Shown: positions 57,964-64,000 of the stretch, piece after piece
How positions within the stretch are numbered: position 1 is the first letter of the stretch
How the letters are laid out: the number at the start of each line of letters is the position of its first letter
Origin: Marsupella aquatica
Lineage: Eukaryota; Plantae; Marchantiophyta
Reading direction: 5' to 3'
NCBI GenBank assembly: GCA_973895155.1
Contig: OZ316895.1
Location: forward strand, 24,309,538-24,373,537
DNA: 64,000 bases
Notes under the pieces: generated by a model
Seen by the model: only the letters and a program-made list of their open reading frames with translations
What the model was told of the DNA's origin: nothing
The model's database searches: none
Translations under genes and position numbers: made by a program

Positions 57964-59519
57964 TCACGGCAGAATCGATTCTACAAGATCATTCAGTGCT
58001 TTCTTGGTGCTTCCTCCATCTGCCAAACTCTGTTCTGCCTTCTTCTTCAGCTCCTGAACTCTAGCCCTCAACACGCTTCCTTCATCCGAATCGATTCTAC
58101 AAGATCATTCAGTGCTTTCTTGGTGCTTCCTCCATCTGCCAAACTCTGTTCTGCCTTCTTCTTCAGCTCCTGAACTCTAGCCCTCAACACGCTTCCTTCA
58201 TCCGACAAGAGAAGTCTCACTGCGTCCTCAAGTCCTACATGCGTCCTGGGACTTTTAGGAGTTCTGCTTCTTACTTCAACTGCAATTTTCAGCACATCCA
58301 CCATGTACCTGCAGTTTATGAACTGATCGTTAGCCATCTGAGGCCAGCATGCCATTGGCACGCCCGAACTTATGCTTTCCATGATGGAGTTCCAGCCACA
58401 GTGCGTTACAAAGCCTCCGACAGAAGGGTGTTGCAGAATATGTAGCTGCGGCACCCATCCACTGACCACCAATCCCTTTTCTCTCGTTCCCGCTTCAAAA
58501 CCGGGGGGAATTGCGTCTGCCATACCTCGGGATGCCACCCACAGGAAACTTTGCTCACTAGCCTCCAGAGCCCGGGCTAAGTCCTCTACTTGATGGGGAG
58601 ATAGCTGAGCTAAGGTGCCGATGCAGATATAAACCACTGACCGAGCCGGCCGTCCATCGAGCCATTGCAAAGATGCAATTCCTCGTTGTTTATCCGGCAC
58701 CTCAAGTGACCGATCCTTGAAACTGGCAGCGTTAGAAATGGGCCCAACCGAATACAATTTCGGAATCTTGCCTGGAGACACGTCGTTCCAAACCTGTTGC
58801 ATTGCGTCAATCTGAGGGGCTTCCAGCTCGTAAAAGGTGTTCACAATCACGCCATCAGCTTCGTTTGTGATACGTCCTAACTCAAGCTGGCTCAAGAGGG
58901 ACTCTTTGGCGGAGGTTACGTGCGACTTCTTTGGCGGAGGTTTCAGCATATCTCGATACTCAAATGGGGGAAGACCAGGTATGTTCAAATAGCCCTAAAA
59001 TTCTTCGAGACATGGACCACTCCCTGCTTCTCGCTTGATGATCAAAGTCCCGTCACCAATCAGCGAAAAATAAGCTTGTAGTGCTCTCGCAAAGATCGCT
59101 CCACAGCTGAAAAACTGATAATAAGGAATGTTCAACTCCTTGGCTGTATCTATGACCCACATCAGGAACCGGTCTGCGATGATGCAGGTAGGTCCAGCAA
59201 TTCCTCTTTTCCTATCCGCCAGCAACATGTGAAGGACGGGCTGGAAGTTGCTTCTAGCTGCAGCCAGTTCGTTGAGGAAGTCCGATCGAAAGTTTCCACT
59301 TGGGACGGGATCCTCGATTCCAAAATCCTCGTAAGAAATTAGATTGAAGTCAAGTCCTTGCAAGTCATCAAAACTCCTCACAAGCGCAATTAACTTTCCG
59401 GAACCCACGAGAGTGACAGTGACATCTCTCCTCGCAATCTCCAATGCAAACCTGTATATCGCAAGTAAATGGGCCTGCATGAACACGGGTACAACCAACG
59501 CATGCCTTTTTCTACCCAT
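57964..59519 (-). pseudogene. Full-length UGT copy D inactivated by an in-frame nonsense codon and a 116-bp tandem duplication near the 3' end
   Basis: ORFs 59519-58995 and 58988-58068 are in the same frame, separated by TAG at 58997-58995 (GAG/Glu in copy B). Segment 57972-58087 is duplicated at 58088-58203. The ancestral stop is at 57964-57966. Confidence 0.9.
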
Positions 59520-60260
59520 CGTAATATCTGGACTGAATCCGCTTCGATCGTCAGCCGTCAGCCGAGCTGCTTTGATTGCAGATCTCGTTCAATCTGCTGC
59601 TTAGTGAAACAGATCAAAACAATTGCTGGTTTTCAATCAGAAACATTGAACATTGCTGCTTCGACAAAGAAATCAAGCCGTATAATGAGACCCTCGTACA
59701 CAAGCGTGTCATGCGGCTGCTGACTGGAGTCTTTTGTCCCGGTAGCCGTGACTGCAGCCCGCAAGCTCGAAGGAAGGTGAGAGCAAAGTGGAGCAAGTAT
59801 AGGGTAATGCAGGTGTGGGCGTAGGGTTACTAGGCTGTAACCTTGCGTCCGGAATATGAAAAGAAGCTGACCGGCAGTAGCTGGAAAGCTTCTTTGAATA
59901 TTCCGGGAGCTGGTTACAGTCTATAACCCCAGCCCAGACCTGCACTAGCGTATTTAACTCCTGCCCGGAAAGAGGTTACCGGCTAGACTTTTCAGGACAG
60001 CAGATTATGACTATAACAGGCCCCTCCAGAAATGGTTACACCGGTAACCTCTTCTCCTGACAGGAATTACGTGCTCGCTAATCCGTATCGGGGAGTGTAC
60101 CATGTGACCCTAGCATCATATACAAGGAGCTCCAATATGAGCATGGGAGAATATTGAAATAACCACAATCATGCCCTCGCCGAGTTTGCGAAGTCTTATC
60201 CCCGCTTTACAATAACCTACCGAGTCCTTACCACTGGCCCCTAGCACATTGAATGACTAC
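59520..60260 (-). promoter_or_regulatory. Duplicated UGT upstream region (homologous to 49867-50270 and 61768-62400)
   Basis: AATATCTGGACTGAATCC..., AAGCATTGCTTCGA.AAAGAAAT.AAG, GGTGTACC.TG and CTTATC.CGC..TTTACAA.AA blocks are conserved 5' of copies B, D and E. Confidence 0.7.
59799..60069. other. Twin-hairpin (fold-back) insertion
   Basis: Two consecutive long imperfect inverted repeats (59799-59953 and 59955-60069). Absent at the paralogous site near 62135. Confidence 0.8.
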
Positions 60261-60279
60261 TAAGGAGATTATTTGTTAT

Positions 60280-60510
60280 TAGGGGGTCTCAAAGCTGCAA
60301 AATCAGGGAATGGCTTTTGGCCATAAAGGAATGGTCATAACTTTCTCACAAGGTTATGTAAATTTAGTAGGGGGTCTCAAAGATGCAAAATCAGGGAATG
60401 ACTTTTGGCCATAAAGGAATGGTCATAACTTATTGTCATAAATTTCTCATAACCTGAAGATGGCTTTTGGCCATAAAGGAATGGTCATAATTTTATAACA
60501 AGGTTATGTA
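60280..60510. repeat. Tandem repeat, ~88-bp unit x 2.5
   Basis: GGGGTCTCAAAG.TGCAAAATCAGGGAATG.CTTTTGGCCATAAAGG(G)AATGGTCATAA recurs. Confidence 0.85.
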
Positions 60511-60839
60511 CTGTATGTATTGGTTGAACTTTAGTTCAGTAGTTGTGATGAGGCCCAAAAATGGCCTCAAAATGTATTTCATAAATAGTTTCCTCCCAAT
60601 ACTTTGGTCTGCCATACTTTGCCTTTTGTAACTAGGCCACACTTATTATTGAACTAGGCCCCACTTATTGTTATGATGACTTAGATTGAGGAGAGTAAAA
60701 TATTTTACACAAAATATTGTACATGTATTGTCATGTACAAAGCATAAAACAAAACTAGATGTGAGGGAGCATTTAATGTTTTGTTTCATTCTAGATAGTG
60801 TTGATTGCTATTGAATCCCTTTTGTTTCTTCCTTGGGAC

Positions 60840-60971
60840 AAGAGGTACAGTAGATACTTGTGTACAACATCTTTGAATAGGGTTAATTTTTCTTTCCAAA
60901 GAATAAAAGAGGTACAGTAGATACTTATGTACAACATCTTTGAATAGGGTTAAGTTTTCTTTCCAAAGAAT
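60840..60971. repeat. Tandem duplication, 67 bp x 2
   Basis: AAGAGGTACAGTAGATACTT.TGTACAACATCTTTGAATAGGGTTAA.TTTTCTTTCCAAAGAAT twice. Confidence 0.9.
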
Positions 60972-61319
60972 CATAGTGAGAATTTATATTTTCTGTTCGT
61001 TTTTGGAACTAGTCATAGTGAGAATTCAGGTGGAAACACTTAAGGTAAATGAAGGGGACAATTTGCTTTTCAAAAATCTTTGTTTAAAATTCCATCTTGT
61101 TTTCTGGTACTCTTGGGAGACTAACATAAGCTGATTCAAAGCATGGACTAAATATGAGTAAGAACGGATATTTGTGTCCTGTTCTTCTATTCAAGCATAT
61201 ATACTTGGTATTTCATATTTGAGTTTGGTGTGTTTATAATTAGAGTAGTCATGAAATTTCCCTAAGCTAAGTGGGTTAGGTGTGCTTTTAACTAACGTAA
61301 GTACAATATTAACATTTAT

Positions 61320-61767
61320 CCAGGTATGGTCAAATAGCCCTCAAATTCTTCGAGATATGGACCATTCCCTGCCTCCCGCTTGTTGATCAACGACCCGTCA
61401 TCAATCAGCGAAAAATAAGCTTGTAGTGCTCTCACGTATGTCGCTCCACAGCTGAAAAACTCATAGACAGTAAGGAACGTTCAACTCCTCGGCTGTATCT
61501 ATGGCCCACATCAGGAACCGGTCTGGGATGATGCAGGTAGGTCCAGCAATTCCTCCGTTCCTATCCGCCACCAACTTGCCAAGGACGGGCTAGAAGCTGC
61601 TTCTTGCTGCAGCAAGTTCGTCGAGGATGTCCAATACAGCGTTTCCACTTGAAACGGGATCCTCGATTCCAAAATCCTCGTATAATCTCCAATGCAAACC
61701 TGTATATCCCAACGAAATGTGCCTGCAAGAACACCGGTACAACCAATGCATGTTTTTTACTACCCAT
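61320..61767 (-). pseudogene. UGT 5' fragment (copy E) with a ~100-bp frameshifting deletion, truncated after EEFEGYL.IPG
   Basis: Starts MGSKKHALVVPVFLQAHFVGIYRFALEI, then jumps to YEDFGIEDPV in another frame. Homology to copies B/D ends at about 61320, against AT-rich repeat DNA. Confidence 0.88.
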
Positions 61768-63089
61768 CCTAATATCTGGACTGAATCCTCCCGTTCAGCC
61801 GTTAGCTGAGCTGCTTCAATTACTCTCGCTGGACCTGCTGCTTGGTGAGTACAAAACAAAACAATTGCAGGTTTTCAATGGAAAACATTAAGCATTGCTA
61901 GCTTCGAGAAAGAAATCAAGTGTATTGAGACCGTCGTAAAGATTCCCACTGGCTCGTGTCATGTGGTTGCTGAGTGAAAAACATTAAGCATTGCTTCGAG
62001 AAAGAAATCAAGTATATTGAAACCGTCGTTTGGAATCACACTGGCTCATGTCGTGTGGATGCTGAGTAGAGTCTTTTCTCCCGGTTGTGGTGACTGCAGC
62101 CCGCAAAAAGCTAGGAAGGTGCGCAAGGTGGTGCAAGAGATCTATATCCGTATCGGGATGGTGTACCATCGTATCGGGATGGTGTACCATGTATGGTTTG
62201 GAGGAACTAATCCTAGCGTGATATAAATTGCTCCAAATATATGAAACTCAAAGTCTGGCAGAGTATCGGAGTAACACATACCCTCGCCGAGTTTTACCCT
62301 GTCTTATCTCCTCTTTACAACAACCTGTACAGTGGTTTACAACTGGGCACCCAACACATTGGAAAATTTCTAACTGGCAACTAACACATTGAACAATCAC
62401 GAAGGAAATCCGTCGTTACCGACTACAATGACTTTGTTGCAAGTCGAAGTCCATTCACACAGTACATAGGAGTAGGACGTGTCAGCGTTCTCGATATACA
62501 GGTCTATACGAGGTTCACGGACAAGAAGGGAGAGTAAGTGACGCAACTTTCATGAGTTTCCCCCCATGAAAGTGGTCAAACCAGAACGATACCTGTGGCT
62601 GCCATTTCCCTTCTCCTCGTTTCTGATTCGCTGTGTACTACGGGAACTGATAGCAGAAAGCAAAAGATTTTGTGGAAATATGAACATTACCACGGATTGA
62701 GTACTGTTTCCAAAAGTTGGCAAGCTCGATGTTGCTCAAACTAGAAAGAGCAGGCCCAAAAGTACTCCAGCATTTTTCTGCCGTAACACCGGACAAAACC
62801 CAGACCAATCAGTTGGTCACTAGTACTAATCAAGATCTAATTTACACCAAACAGAGCACACAACCGCGGACCTGACATCAACAAGAACCTATGGCCTAAA
62901 AATCTAACGAGACGACTGGTAGAAATGTGAAAAACGTTTTACTCGTTTTGCTCCTGGTTTGGCTCCGAAAGCATGACTCTTCTTGAATGTCAATGGGTTT
63001 TCATCAGTACGGTGGACTCCTCTACTGACTAGGTTCGGGGTAAATTACCAAACTTTAGTGTATGGCTTCGAAATTCAAACGCATTCCTT

Positions 63090-63580
63090 TACTGACAGAC
63101 TTCGGTGTCAATTACCAGACGCTGTTGTATGGCTTCCAAACTCAATTGCGTTCATCTTATCTGTCTGACGTTCCAGCTATCATGTTCTGTGAAGGTCGTT
63201 CAATCATGGAAAGGCGAGGTTTCATGCCGGAATTCTCTTCTGGAGAAGTTGGAAGTTACTCAACTGTCAAATCCTTGGTTTGGACAATGTCTGGCCGTAC
63301 ATTCTCAATCGCCTCCGGGATACCTTAAACATTCATTTCACGGTTCTGAGAGATTCGTGCCCAAAGTGAAAATCATGGCCTCATTGAACGGGCTCTTGTG
63401 CTTGAGAAAGAGAGGAGACAGGGACTCTGCGTCAACCTACCCAGCAATGAAGATGCCTACAACCTGGGATTGATTTCTGGCAAAAGACATTCTCCAACAC
63501 ACATCCATACAAAAAGTCATATTTTATGTTCTTTCGAGAAGTAATGCTCACGAATATTAGTTGCCAGTTGCCGTCAGTAG
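63090..63580 (+). pseudogene. Possible degenerate F-box gene
   Basis: Across frameshifts it reads QLPDAVV...SYLSDVPAIMF...KVVQSWK...SNPWF...MASLNGLLCL. This resembles an F-box motif plus the ASxNGLLCL segment typical of plant F-box-associated domains. Several stops and frameshifts. Confidence 0.4.
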
Positions 63581-64000
63581 GTGGCAGAACTTTGAAGTGT
63601 CAAAATTAGTACAAAGACACGAGCGACATTCGAAATAAGATTGATTTGATATATGCACGATATGGGAATGGGTCACTGATTCCTTACTGGGAGACCACTA
63701 GCTCATTAGCCCATTTGTGCTTTCCCATTATTTTGCTACAGGAGGACAGTTACTGGTGTCGTGCAGTGACCGTCAAGCTGCGCTTATCCGTCCAGGGACA
63801 TATGCAGTGATAAACTAGCCCCTTCCCGCAGATTGCACCAACAGCCGGGCATAACTTGGGAAACCTCAGCTGAATCTTTCATTCACGCCCTTCACATGTT
63901 TCAAGTTTTCTAGAGCCGTAGCAGGCAGGAAACACTACAGATGTATACATGATTTCAGCCGTGAACAACTACAGTACATTCCTGCCAGACAATATTTCTG

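Noticed and set aside
58988-58997. Apparent frameshift or two-gene split of UGT copy D
   Set aside because: Both ORFs are in the same frame. It is a single nonsense substitution, and there is no intron signal or evidence for readthrough.

Overview
Eukaryotic land-plant nuclear DNA, most likely a bryophyte (moss or non-marchantiid liverwort; inferred from protein style and a moss-type PLS-DYW PPR gene). It has GT-AG introns and long intergenic stretches rich in transposon debris. Five apparently intact genes are supported: two 4-exon class III secretory peroxidases (+; 8198-11379 and 27632-32922), two intronless family-1 UDP-glycosyltransferases (-; 34736-36157 and 48433-49866), and a 2-exon PLS-E-DYW RNA-editing factor (-; 41982-45963). 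Three further UGT copies are decaying (57349-57522, 57964-59519, 61320-61767). Also present are three solo LTRs, several MITE/DNA-transposon relics, many short tandem duplications and a possible F-box pseudogene. The most unusual observations are: (i) peroxidase 1 has a class-I-like distal Trp (RLQWHDCG) and an extensin/AGP-like C-terminal tail; (ii) the UGTs share a one-residue insertion in the PSPG box; (iii) the DYW protein has 303-bp internal PLS duplications that differ at code residues and lacks the PG-box Trp; (iv) there are long fold-backs, including a pre-miRNA-like hairpin in a peroxidase intron and a twin-hairpin insertion upstream of one UGT copy; (v) the peroxidase and UGT arrays are co-located, a candidate oxidation/glycosylation locus. 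Point (v) is inference only. No database searches or folding computations were run.
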